Shown: piece by piece, positions 41,106 through 51,600 of the stretch | Layout of the letters: each line of letters opens with the position of its first letter | Numbering within the stretch: the first letter of the stretch is position 1 | Assembly: GCA_041739975.1 (NCBI GenBank) | Contig: JBGSMY010000155.1 | Span: 533 to 64,532 of the forward strand | Reading direction: 5' to 3' | Length of the DNA: 64,000 bases | Source: Pirellulaceae bacterium | Lineage (GTDB): Bacteria; Planctomycetota; Planctomycetia; Pirellulales; Pirellulaceae | The notes under the pieces: generated by a model | Database searches by the model: none | The model's input: the letters and a program-made list of their open reading frames with translations, nothing else | Told to the model about the DNA's origin: nothing | Position numbers and translations under genes: made by a program

Positions 41106-42263
41106 ATGAACTTAATCTGCATCAAATGTGGACAGGCTTTTACGGTTGAGCTCGACCAGCTTGGCACGCGGGGCAAGTGTCCTCATTGTCGCGCAACGGT
41201 AATGATCCCGAAGTTGCGCGAGTCTGGCGTCATTGGAGAAGTCACATTGGTTTCGCCGTGGCGATGGCTGGATCGGACCTTTGCCGCTACCTTTGCCGTC
41301 TTTTTGCATCTGGCCGTTTTGGGGCTGATAGCCATTTGGCCCGGCGTGTTTCGCGACGAAGGAATGTTGGGTGCTGGCCAAGACATTCAAATCGGCGTCC
41401 TCACCGAACAGCCGCTCGATTTGCAGCCCGCTGAAACTGCTATGGACAATCGATTGGAAGTTGAGGTACAGCCTCAGTGGCAATCACTGACCCCCGATCT
41501 GATGGAGCAGATCTCCCCAGACTATGCGTTGAGTGCCGTCGATGGCAATCGTTGGTCGCCTGGGGGAAGTTCGGGGCAACCGTTTACTGACCAGCCCCAG
41601 CAGGCGGCGCAGTTGATGGCCGGAGGAGAGGACGATTTTGGCCTGTTGATTAACCGACTCCGCGCTGATGGTCTCGATTTAGTTATTACCTTCGATAGCA
41701 CGGGCAGTATGGGCGGGGAAATTGCTCAGGTCAAACGGCAAATTGAACGAATTGGCTCGGCTCTCATTCAATTGATCCCCAAGACCCGAATCAGTATTTG
41801 TACCTATCGCGATGAAGGTGACGAATTCGTGGTTCGTGGTCTACCGCTTACCAATGAGCTAGACGCCGTAATTCGATTTCTCGATACGGTGGCGGCTGAT
41901 GGAGGTGGCGATGAGCCGGAGGCTGTTCATGCGGGATTGCAATGGTCGATTGCGGAAAATGAATTCCGCCGACAAGCGAGGAAGATCATATTATTGTTTG
42001 GAGACGCACCGCCGCATCAAGAACACCGCACGCGCTGCCTGCAATTGGCCAGCGACTTTCGCCGCACTGGTGGTGTCATGAGCTCGGTGACCTGTCGCAA
42101 TCAATTGCCGCTGGAAGCATTCGCGGAGTTGGCGCAATTGGGAGGCGGTGAAGCGTTCTTGACTCGCGATGAGCGGCAAATTGTAACACAATTGGTGGTG
42201 TTGGTGTTCGGTAGCCAACATCGAGACAAAGTGGTGGAAATGTTTAAACTGATGTCGCAATAA
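41106..42263 (+). CDS. Zinc-ribbon / TM / von Willebrand factor A (vWA) domain protein
   Basis: CIKCG...CPHCR at the N-terminus, then the TM helix FAATFAVFLHLAVLGLIAIW. The vWA domain has the MIDAS-type motif VITFDSTGSMGG and later DGGGDEPE and ILLFGDAPPH. Confidence 0.85.
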   Translation: MNLICIKCGQAFTVELDQLGTRGKCPHCRATVMIPKLRESGVIGEVTLVSPWRWLDRTFAATFAVFLHLAVLGLIAIWPGVFRDEGMLGAGQDIQIGVLTEQPLDLQPAETAMDNRLEVEVQPQWQSLTPDLMEQISPDYALSAVDGNRWSPGGSSGQPFTDQPQQAAQLMAGGEDDFGLLINRLRADGLDLVITFDSTGSMGGEIAQVKRQIERIGSALIQLIPKTRISICTYRDEGDEFVVRGLPLTNELDAVIRFLDTVAADGGGDEPEAVHAGLQWSIAENEFRRQARKIILLFGDAPPHQEHRTRCLQLASDFRRTGGVMSSVTCRNQLPLEAFAELAQLGGGEAFLTRDERQIVTQLVVLVFGSQHRDKVVEMFKLMSQ

Positions 42264-42667
42264 ACATTGGACTGACTCGCACGGGACATCGATTGTTGAC
42301 ATTCTTTCCACACTCATCATTCGAATTGTTCGTCGAAAGTGAATTGCTTTTGCAGTTGTGACTGGTTGGCCAAAAGCGATGGTTTAACATGGTCGTCGAT
42401 GCCTGGGATGTCTTTTTCGCCCTGTGGAATCGGGCAAAAACTGCCAAATTGCCCTATCTACCCCTCTTGGCAGCGATCCGCAGCGAGCTCCATAGCCGCA
42501 TGATAAATACTGCGCAACCCCATCGCTGAGCTTAATCGACTACGAATTGGGGCCGGTGTGGCCTGAGTTAAAACCAATAGGGTTTGCCAACGTGTCTAAG
42601 TAGAGATTCTAATATTGCAGCGATCGAGGTGAAAAATTTGCATAGGCCCCAAAACAATAATTTTAAT

Positions 42668-43960
42668 ATGAGTACTGAACTGCCCATCGAGGAAGCCACG
42701 GAAATCGAACGTGGGCGCTGGGATTGGGTCCGGGGTCGATCTATCGCAATTATTGGACGAATGGGCGCGATTGATCGACGCACTTTAAAACGCCTGCTGC
42801 GCAACCACGACGGCATGTTTGTTGACAATGTTAACGCTGAGGTCGACATTATTGTGTTGGGTGCTGCCGCAGGCGGGCAGGCTGACGAAGACATTTTGCT
42901 GTCCGACCCAGTCCTACAGGCGGCTGGGGATGGTCGTTTGGAAATATTGACCGAATACGAATTTTGGAATCGAGCCGAGGTCGTACCTCAGGATCTGCCC
43001 CACCGAAGTCTCTATACACCGGCCATGTTAGCCGAATTGGCAGATGTCCCAATTGCGACGGTTCGGCGATGGCAGCGTCGAGGTTTGATAACGCCCGTGT
43101 GTCAAGTAAATACGCTTCCATACTATGACTTCGAGCAAGTGACCTCGGCACGTCGATTGGCGCGATGGATGGCATCTGGACAATCGCCACATGCCATTGA
43201 GTCCAAGTTGTCGCGATTGGCCGAATTGTTTCCCAACTTGCGAACCCCGTTGTCGCAACTTTCGGTGATTGTTGACGGTCGCGATATTTTGCTTCGTCAT
43301 GGAGCGGGTTTGGTCGATCCGCGAGGGCAAATGCGGATCGATTTTGATGCATTGGAAACCGCACCGGATGACGTGAGCCCTGCCTCGAAATTGACCAACG
43401 AGACGATCCTCAAGTTTCCCGGGGTGGAGTTGGACGCTCATACATCGCCACTGCGTTTAGATAACCTTGACCTATTAACGACGCCTGGTGATTTTATTCG
43501 GCTGGCGGTTGATTTGGAGGATTCCGGAAACATCAATGGGGCGGTTGAGGTTTATCGCGCCATGAGTTTGGCCTTGGGGCCATCGGCCGATATCTGTTTT
43601 CGTTTGGGCGAATTGTTATATCAACAGGGCGACTTGGCAGGTGCTCGAGAGCGATATTCAATTGCGGTCGAAATGGATGAAGGTTATATCGAAGCGCGCG
43701 CAAGTTTGGGGTGCGTATTGTTGGAGCTGGATCAAACACGATTGGCGATTGCCGCTTTCCAAGGAGCGTTGCATTGTCATCCCGAGTATCCCGACGTGCA
43801 TTTTTATCTAGCACGTGCCTTGGACCAAATCGGACGGGAAGCGGAGGCGGAAAAACATTGGTCCAAGTTCCTCAGTTTAGCACCGCACAGTCCCTGGTCG
43901 GACGAGGCGCGGCGTCGACTCGATCTGTTGATTGATCAGGAAGTTGCCGACGATAATTAA
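42668..43960 (+). CDS. BRCT-like / MerR-type HTH / TPR-repeat protein
   Basis: The ATG is at 42668 (the ORF opens at TTG 42584). BRCT-like segment: RSIAIIGRMGAIDRRTLKRLLRNHDGMFVDNVNAEVDIIVLG. MerR-type HTH: YTPAMLAELADVPIATVRRWQRRGLI. C-terminal TPRs: AVEVYRAMSLALGP, LAGARERYSIAVEMDEGY, AIAAFQGALHCHPEY. Confidence 0.7.
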   Translation: MSTELPIEEATEIERGRWDWVRGRSIAIIGRMGAIDRRTLKRLLRNHDGMFVDNVNAEVDIIVLGAAAGGQADEDILLSDPVLQAAGDGRLEILTEYEFWNRAEVVPQDLPHRSLYTPAMLAELADVPIATVRRWQRRGLITPVCQVNTLPYYDFEQVTSARRLARWMASGQSPHAIESKLSRLAELFPNLRTPLSQLSVIVDGRDILLRHGAGLVDPRGQMRIDFDALETAPDDVSPASKLTNETILKFPGVELDAHTSPLRLDNLDLLTTPGDFIRLAVDLEDSGNINGAVEVYRAMSLALGPSADICFRLGELLYQQGDLAGARERYSIAVEMDEGYIEARASLGCVLLELDQTRLAIAAFQGALHCHPEYPDVHFYLARALDQIGREAEAEKHWSKFLSLAPHSPWSDEARRRLDLLIDQEVADDN

Positions 43961-44002
43961 ATTGCTTGTCGCCATGTTTTGACTAAAGAGGATGCCATCT
44001 CG

Positions 44003-44704
44003 ATGAACCCCAAGTCCGCGATTGAACAAGCTCAGCAGGGGGATCGGCTTTTTCGCTGGCGCGGTGGGAATGTCTCGCGTCTCGAAGCGCTATTCGATGT
44101 TGTCTTGGCGTTGGCGTTAACACTCACCATGGTATCGACGGAAGTTCCTCGCTCTTATGCAGATCTAGTAGGAACGTTGCGGCAGTGGCCGGCTTTTGCG
44201 ATTTGTTTTGCGATTCTCCTATTGTGTTGGTATTACCACTATCGGTTTCACCGTCGTTACGGACTCGAAGACTTGCCGGTGATAATGTTAAGCGGGCTCT
44301 TGATGTTTGTGGTGATTAGTTACGTTTATCCATTAAAATTCCTGTATTCGTTTTTACTCGGACCTTTCGCTGGAGGAATCCAGGTGAACGAAATACGATG
44401 GTTAATGATATTTTATAGCAGCGGTTTTGCCGCAATTTTTTTAGTATTTGCCGGAATGTATGCTTATGCTTGGTACCGACGTCGTGAATTGGATTTGACG
44501 GATAACGAGCGAGTTTTGACCCAATTGGCAATTGCCGAACAGTTGTGGTATGTGGCAGTGGCCTTGGTTTCAATCGGTTTGGCCTGTATTTTCACCGCGC
44601 CTGCGTGGTCAGGTTTAGTGTACGCAGCAATTGGTCCACTGCAATTTGGCAATGGCCTATTTTGGAGTCGGTATCTGCAGGAAGATTCAAAGTCGGCGGC
44701 TTGA
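44003..44704 (+). CDS. DUF1211 / TMEM175-like membrane protein (putative K+ channel family)
   Basis: RLEALFDVVLALALTL matches the family's first-helix RxEAFSDGVxAI signature. About 6 TM helices. The ATG is at 44003 (the ORF opens at TTG 43979). Confidence 0.7.
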   Translation: MNPKSAIEQAQQGDRLFRWRGGNVSRLEALFDVVLALALTLTMVSTEVPRSYADLVGTLRQWPAFAICFAILLLCWYYHYRFHRRYGLEDLPVIMLSGLLMFVVISYVYPLKFLYSFLLGPFAGGIQVNEIRWLMIFYSSGFAAIFLVFAGMYAYAWYRRRELDLTDNERVLTQLAIAEQLWYVAVALVSIGLACIFTAPAWSGLVYAAIGPLQFGNGLFWSRYLQEDSKSAA

Positions 44705-44759
44705 ATTTGAGTCAAAGGACGACCATTGCCAGTCCGGATATGATACAATTTTCCGATCT

Positions 44760-47582
44760 ATGGATCAAAACATTACTCGCTTAACATTTCAAGTTTTGGC
44801 TGAACGGCCGTTGCGCTGGCTGTGCTTGCTGTTGTTAGTATTTAATGCTGGATGTTCGGGTTGTTTGTCGAATCGCCAACAGTCTGCCCCAAAACCATCG
44901 GACAGGCCGGCAAAGCCTGATTTCGAATCAAAACCACTTGTTTTATTGCCGGGCCATTTTGAGAGAGAATCCGTACTTAATTACACCAAGCCCGGGCACT
45001 GGGTCACGGCCAACATGCGGGCTGTGGCAAATAATTTTGACGCCAATGGCAATTACCAAGCGTCAGCGGTTACCTCCGGTGGTTTGCCGATTTCGCTGGC
45101 CGGCGAGAGTTCACTGTTACAAGTTTCTCGACCGTTTGGATTGGCGAAAGAACAACCTAAAATTCTCGAGTCGTTACTTTTTATCCCTTACCGCGATGTG
45201 CCGTCGGCAGCAGCAAATATCCGAACCGACTTGGTGAGTCTTTCAGGATTGCCACAATATTCATTGATTGAGCCGGTCAAATTGATGGCACCATTTCAAA
45301 GTCATTTTGTAATGTTGACCAAGTCACCAGAGCGGTTGGCGTTTCTCACAATGCTGGATGCAATTAACTTGCCACCATCACCTGGTGGCGCACCGCCATC
45401 GTTTTATGTTCCCGTGTTTCCCACGGCCGAACATCCGGTGCCAGTGTCACGTACTGCCTTGGGATGGACCACTACTTCGTACTTGCTCTGGGACGATTGG
45501 TTGGCCGAAGAGCTTGACGCCAACCAGCAACAGGCTTTACTCGATTGGCTTCATTTTGGCGGGCAAATTATTGTGAACGGTCCGACCGCCGCCTCGAATT
45601 TACAAAAGGGTTTCCTGGCGGACTATTTGCCAATCCAGTCGGCCACCGCGCAAAACATGACATCCACTGATTTTGAGCTGCTAAATCAAGGCTGGTCACT
45701 TGTTGAACAGGCCAAAACAAAACGTTTGCGTGAACTGGTTATTCCTCAATCGGCTCCGTTAGTGGGATTGAAAATGGAATTAGCGCCACAAGGCCGCTGG
45801 ATTTCAGGAACCGGCGAACTGGTGGCCGAGCGTTTAGTTGGTCGTGGTCGCATAGTGGTCTGTGGTTTTGACTTAGCCGATCAACGGGTTAAAGATTGGA
45901 AAAGCCTGGGCAGTTTTGTAAATGGCGCTCTCATGCGGTTGCCGCCGAGGCGTTTTGGCGATAACTCATTTGGCAACATTGCCTTCCGTTGGCATAACGA
46001 CAATATATTCGTGTTTGACCCCTTGATTCTTTCAAAATTGCGATTTCTTAGTCGCGATCTTTCGAGCCGTGGGACGCAGGTACGATTTGATTCGGAATCG
46101 ATGGCCCTAGAGGCAGACGGAACCGATTTCACTCGATTCGATCGGCCCGAATATAGTCCACTCAATCAGTTCATAATCAGTACAGGGCTCGAGGACAGTG
46201 TCGCAACGAACCGCAACCTGAGCGGCAATTCGTGGTCCTATGGTGGATATGAATCAACACCACAATCGGGTGTAGCAGGTTGGAATGACTATCAGGGAAT
46301 TTCCAGAGCCGCCAAGCAGTCGTTGTTGCGATCGGCCGCGATTCGACCGCCGGCACGTGGGTTTGTAGGTCGCATTTTACTGGGTTATTTATTGGTTCTA
46401 ATTCCCATAAACTGGGGGATATTCTGGTTAATCGGCAAAATTGAATGGGCCTGGCTGGCAGCCCCGCTGATTACTGTCGTGGGTGCAATTGTTATCATCA
46501 AAGTTGCTTCATTGGATATCGGATTTGGCAATGCACAATCGGAATTGGCAGTCCTCGAAGTTCATGGTGATTATCCGCGTGGTCACTTAACCCAATATAC
46601 GGCTTTGTATTCTTCACTGTCTACTCGCTATGACATCGAGTTTGGCGATGATCAAGGAGTTGCACTTCCGCTTGCTGCCCGTGACCAAAAACGAGCTGAC
46701 CAAGCCGCGTTGATCCGTTTAGACTTCAACCAAACCCAGCAGAATAAATTAAAGGGATTTTTAGTTCAATCCAATTCGACAAACATGTTTCATGCTGAGC
46801 AAGTGACTTCGATTGGTGGACCGCTGCGACTTGAGAAATCGGAATCGGGTTGGGTGTTCCGCAATGAATCGAAGTTAGAGCTTCAACATTGTGGAATCTT
46901 GTTTGGATCGGATCGCGATGGCGTGGAGCACATTTGTTGGTTGGGTGAGGTTGCTCCAGCAGCGGAGTTGAATCTGCAACTTCTGCCAATTGCGGCCAAC
47001 GAACGTTACAAACAGTGGCTGCAGCAAGTTGAATTCGTGAGCGTCGAGGCTAGGATCCAATTATTATGGGATCAAGTTGCTGAATCCCAGGATGTAGCTT
47101 TACTCGACGCATTATTGGAATTGCCTGAGTTGGTCGATAGCCGTCAGGCAATTACTGACCAAATCATTAAGGCGCGAGAAATCCCAAGGGAAATGTGGAG
47201 CCAAGGAATTCAAGTTACTTTCAGTGAATTTAGCCAGGCGTATCAACTGTCAAGGGCTGACTCAAATTCGGGACCTCCGTCGCTCGGAGAAATGCTTGAT
47301 GTCGTGATCAATTCGTTACGATTAAATCCCGGCGAAATTAGATTGTTGGCAACAGTTAAAAATGAGATCCCCAGTTTTCAATTGAGGCCGCGGCCGCAAG
47401 TCGTACGTCGTTCGACGTTGTTGATCGCGCATCTACAAGCTGCTGAGTTGCCTTTGGCAGCTCCAGACTTCAATTCGTTTCTGGACTATTCCAAGGGCAT
47501 GGGTGATGAGTTAGATGATCCTCCCGATCAAGACGGTCCTCCCGAACAAGATGGTCAAATTCCGCTCGCCGAAAACAACTAG
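44760..47582 (+). CDS. Large (about 940 aa) lipobox-bearing membrane protein of unknown function
   Basis: The ATG at 44760 gives MDQNITRLTFQVLAERPLRWLCLLLLVFNAGCSGC (signal/lipobox-like). There is an internal pair of TM helices (ILLGYLLVLIPINWGIFWLIG, WAWLAAPLITVVGAIVIIKVA) and an acidic Pro/Asp tail. The ORF opens at 44631. Confidence 0.7.
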   Translation: MDQNITRLTFQVLAERPLRWLCLLLLVFNAGCSGCLSNRQQSAPKPSDRPAKPDFESKPLVLLPGHFERESVLNYTKPGHWVTANMRAVANNFDANGNYQASAVTSGGLPISLAGESSLLQVSRPFGLAKEQPKILESLLFIPYRDVPSAAANIRTDLVSLSGLPQYSLIEPVKLMAPFQSHFVMLTKSPERLAFLTMLDAINLPPSPGGAPPSFYVPVFPTAEHPVPVSRTALGWTTTSYLLWDDWLAEELDANQQQALLDWLHFGGQIIVNGPTAASNLQKGFLADYLPIQSATAQNMTSTDFELLNQGWSLVEQAKTKRLRELVIPQSAPLVGLKMELAPQGRWISGTGELVAERLVGRGRIVVCGFDLADQRVKDWKSLGSFVNGALMRLPPRRFGDNSFGNIAFRWHNDNIFVFDPLILSKLRFLSRDLSSRGTQVRFDSESMALEADGTDFTRFDRPEYSPLNQFIISTGLEDSVATNRNLSGNSWSYGGYESTPQSGVAGWNDYQGISRAAKQSLLRSAAIRPPARGFVGRILLGYLLVLIPINWGIFWLIGKIEWAWLAAPLITVVGAIVIIKVASLDIGFGNAQSELAVLEVHGDYPRGHLTQYTALYSSLSTRYDIEFGDDQGVALPLAARDQKRADQAALIRLDFNQTQQNKLKGFLVQSNSTNMFHAEQVTSIGGPLRLEKSESGWVFRNESKLELQHCGILFGSDRDGVEHICWLGEVAPAAELNLQLLPIAANERYKQWLQQVEFVSVEARIQLLWDQVAESQDVALLDALLELPELVDSRQAITDQIIKAREIPREMWSQGIQVTFSEFSQAYQLSRADSNSGPPSLGEMLDVVINSLRLNPGEIRLLATVKNEIPSFQLRPRPQVVRRSTLLIAHLQAAELPLAAPDFNSFLDYSKGMGDELDDPPDQDGPPEQDGQIPLAENN

Positions 47583-47648
47583 TCGTTTAATGTACAGCAC
47601 CCCCAGGTCAGGCAAAACCAGCACCCGATTTTAGGCAAAAGCAACCCT

Positions 47649-48575
47649 ATGATTGAGATTACCGCCTTTGGCAAAGATTACGGCGACTTCACAGCTGTCG
47701 GTGAGATTAACCTCAATATTGCTGCCGGTGAAATGTTCGGGTTTATCGGGCCCAACGGTGCCGGTAAAAGTACGACGATTCGTTTTTTAGCAACATTGTT
47801 ACGGCCAACACGAGGTGACGCCACGGTCAACGGATTTAGCGTCCTGCGTTCGCCGATGGATGTTCGGCGAAGTATTGGATATATGCCAGACGACTTTGGT
47901 GTCTATGACGGGATGAAAGTTTGGGAGTTTCTCGATTTTTTTGCGGTGGCGTACAAAATGACGGCGACGCAACGGCGGCAAATTATTCCTGATGTCTTGG
48001 AACTGCTCGACCTTACCCACAAACGCAACGACTATGTCAATGGACTTTCGCGGGGCATGAAGCAACGATTGTGTTTGGCCAAGACACTAGTACATGATCC
48101 TCCGGTGTTAATCCTCGATGAACCAACCAGCGGACTTGATCCCCGGGCGCGGATTGAAGTTAAGGCCTTGTTGAAGGAACTGCGTCGGATGGGAAAGACA
48201 ATTTTGATATCAAGTCATATTCTGACGGAATTGGCCGATTGTTGTACCTCGATTGGCATTATCGAACGAGGCACATTGTTGATGGCTGGCCCGATGAAAG
48301 AGGTGTATCAGAAAATTCAAGGCAGCCAAGTTGTGGTGGCTCGTTTTGGCGATGGGCTCGACCTGGCTCTGACCATCATTCGCAGTCGTCCTGAAGTCCG
48401 CGATGTGCAAGTCGACGGTAATCAAGTGTTGATCGAATTTCAGACCCCCGATCACGACTCGTCCAGTCTGCTCAAAGAACTGGTGACCAAAGATGTACGG
48501 GTTTTGAGTTTTGCCGAAAAAGAGCCGACGTTGGAGGATGTATTTATGTTGGTCACCAAAGGTTTGGTCGCATAG
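47649..48575 (+). CDS. ABC transporter ATP-binding protein (ABC-2/NatA-like)
   Basis: Walker A GPNGAGKST, signature LSRGMKQR and Walker B LILDEPTSGLD. Length is 308 aa. Confidence 0.9.
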   Translation: MIEITAFGKDYGDFTAVGEINLNIAAGEMFGFIGPNGAGKSTTIRFLATLLRPTRGDATVNGFSVLRSPMDVRRSIGYMPDDFGVYDGMKVWEFLDFFAVAYKMTATQRRQIIPDVLELLDLTHKRNDYVNGLSRGMKQRLCLAKTLVHDPPVLILDEPTSGLDPRARIEVKALLKELRRMGKTILISSHILTELADCCTSIGIIERGTLLMAGPMKEVYQKIQGSQVVVARFGDGLDLALTIIRSRPEVRDVQVDGNQVLIEFQTPDHDSSSLLKELVTKDVRVLSFAEKEPTLEDVFMLVTKGLVA

Positions 48576-48655
48576 ATGATCCAAAATCCGGTTGGTTTTC
48601 GACCATTGTTGGTGCCTGCGCGTTCACAGTTCGGAAATAATTTGCGTTTCAGCAG

Positions 48656-51600
48656 GTGAACGTCGTGACCCAATCTGAACTACCGAACGATCAGATCGCA
48701 CAAGCGATGCGTCGCGACCAATATCATTTGCGACAGCGGTGGCAACGTTTGCCACGAAACCAACAAACGAGCGACTGGGAACGTTGGCGTCACGATCTAA
48801 AACAATCTGTTCAATTGCGCACGGAACGACAACGTCGCTGGCGAGCACCCACCCTCGATTTGACCTTGCCGATTGCCGAACAGGCTGCTGCGATTCAACA
48901 AGCGATTGCGGAACATCAAGTAATCATTGTTTGTGGTGAAACCGGTTCGGGCAAATCGACCCAATTGCCATTAATTGTTATGCAAATGGGCTATGGGGTC
49001 GCGGGAATGATTGGACATACCCAACCCCGACGCATCGCGGCCCGAAGTGTCGCCGCTCGGTTGGCCGAACAATTGCAATCGCCATTGGGCCAGCAAGTCG
49101 GCTTTAAGATTCGCTTTACCGAACAGACAAACCCACATACTTTTGTCAAAGTAATGACCGACGGAATCTTATTGGCGGAAACGCAGTCGGATCGCTCTCT
49201 AGAGCAGTATGAAATTTTGATCATCGACGAAGCTCACGAACGTTCGCTGAATATCGATTTCATTTTAGGGCTGCTCAAACAGTTATTGCCAAAGCGGCCT
49301 GAATTAAAGGTAATCATAACGTCCGCCACGATGGACACGGAACGGTTTTCGGCACATTTTGCGGCGAGCACTGGGGAGTTTGCGCCATTGATTCATGTCG
49401 CCGGACGGACTTTTCCAGTCGACATTGTCTATTCCGCTGCTCAGCAAAATGCGGATCGCGATTCGGCATTTCTGGACCACGAAGAGGATGTCCACGAACA
49501 GGTCATTGACGCCTGTCGGCAATTGATGCTGCGAGGCCCCGGTGACATCTTGGTTTTCTTGCCCACTGAAAATGAAATTCGCTTGATCGCTAAGAAGTTG
49601 CGAGGTGCTTTATTGGCCGCAGTTTCAACGGGACTAGAGATATTGCCACTTTATGCGCGATTGAGTCTCGAGCAACAAAACCAAGTATTTCGACCTCACC
49701 AACACCGTCGCATTGTCTTGGCCACCAATGTAGCCGAGTCATCGTTGACCGTTCCGGGAATTCACTATGTCGTGGATTCCGGAACGGCGCGGATCAGTCG
49801 TTACGCGCCGCGAAGCAAAGTTCAACGATTGCCGATTGAGCCGATTTCCCAGGCCTCGGCCAATCAGAGAGCCGGACGTTGTGGTCGAATCGCGCCGGGA
49901 GTTTGCATTCGATTGTATACCCGAGAAGATTACGACTCTCGGCCGGCATTTACCACACCCGAGATTCGCCGAACCAACTTGGCGGGGACAATTCTGCAGT
50001 TGTTAACCTTGGGATTGGGCGATATTGAATCATTCCCGTTGATCGATCCACCGTCACCAGATTTGATTCGTGACGGTTACAAGACGCTGATCGAACTACA
50101 AGCGCTGACAGCAGATCGCAAGCTTACGGACTTGGGACGACGTCTCAGTCGTTTGCCAGTTGATCCGCGAATTGCACGGATGATCTATGCCGCAGTGGAC
50201 CAGCACTGTTTAGCGGATATTTTGGTAATCGTCGCCGGCCTGGAATCGCAAGACGCGCGCGTTCGCCCCACGGAACAGGCGGCTCAGGCCGATCAAGCAC
50301 ATTCCCAGTGGGATCATGCCGATAGCGATTTCATGGCAATGGTCCAGTTGTGGGATTGGATCAATGCGCGTCGAGAGTCACTATCGAAAAGCCAGTTTCG
50401 CAAAGCGTTAGAGCAGAATTTTCTGTCGTATACATTGGTCAATCAGTGGCATGAGGTCTATCGTCAACTGTTGTCGATGATTGGCGATCAATCGATTCGA
50501 ATTGGGAGTCGCACAAATGATTACGATGCGATTCATAAATCATTATTGACCGGATTATTGTCATCGATTGCAAATCGTGGAGAACGATTGGAGTACCAAG
50601 GTGCTGGCGGCATAAGTTTTGTGATCTGGCCCGGATCGGGGATCATACGCAGTCAAAAGTCCCAGGTACCTGGGCAATCCGGGTCGTCGCGAGCTCCTCA
50701 CAAACGAGAAAAAGCGCCCAATCTAACGGCCCCTGATTGGATCGTCGCTGGTGAAGTGTTGGAAACTACGCGCCGCTATGGACGTACGATTGCTGCGATC
50801 GATCCCGACTGGCTGGAACAACTGGCCGGGCATCTCGTGAAACGCCATCACGTTGATCCTCATTGGAGCAGCAAGCAGCAGGCGGCCATGGTTTACGAGA
50901 ACGTAACATTGTTTGGGTTAAACATCGTTGCACGACTGCGGATTGGTTATTCGGCTATCGACGCGGTGGCCAGCCGCCGATTGTTAATTGAACACGGGCT
51001 GTTGCAGTACGATTTGCAACCATTGCCGCAGTTTTTGACTCACAACCGCGGACTGATTGGCAGTGTTGTGCAGTTGGCACAGAAGACGCGGATGCGGCAA
51101 TTGATCGTGGACGATTACCAATTGCTGCAATTCTACGAACGGCATTTACCGGCGGCGGTAGTGGACGCCCGAAGTTTACGGCAGATGATCAAGGCCACGC
51201 CGGAGTTGGAAAAACAACTTGAATTTCGATGGGACGATTTAGGGTTGGCAGACGATGTGCTGGAGGCTGCTGAGCAATTGCCCGATCAAGTTCCAATCGG
51301 CAATACGACAGCCCAGGTCACCTACCGGTTTACCCCTGGGACGGAGGACGACGGCCCAAATTTGTTAATTCCGGCAGAAACGGTGCGGCAGTTGGACGAT
51401 TCCCAATTGGGATGGCTCATTCCAGGACTGCACCTTGAGCGGATTGTGTCATTGATCCGCAGCCTGCCAAAGTCGATTCGTCGCAATCTGGTTCCTGCAC
51501 CGGATGTGGCTCGTCGCGTACAGCAACAATGGCAATTTGGTCAGGGGAATTTCTTGCAAGAAGTTGCTCGCCAATTGGGAAAGATCGCCGGGGAACCGAT

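Noticed and set aside
42389-42529. 46-codon ORF (MVVDAWDVFFALWNRAKTAKLPYLPLLAAIRSELHSRMINTAQPHR) in the 400-nt gap after the vWA gene
   Set aside because: There is no convincing RBS and no recognisable motif, and it is too short to judge. I note it only because the gap is unusually long.
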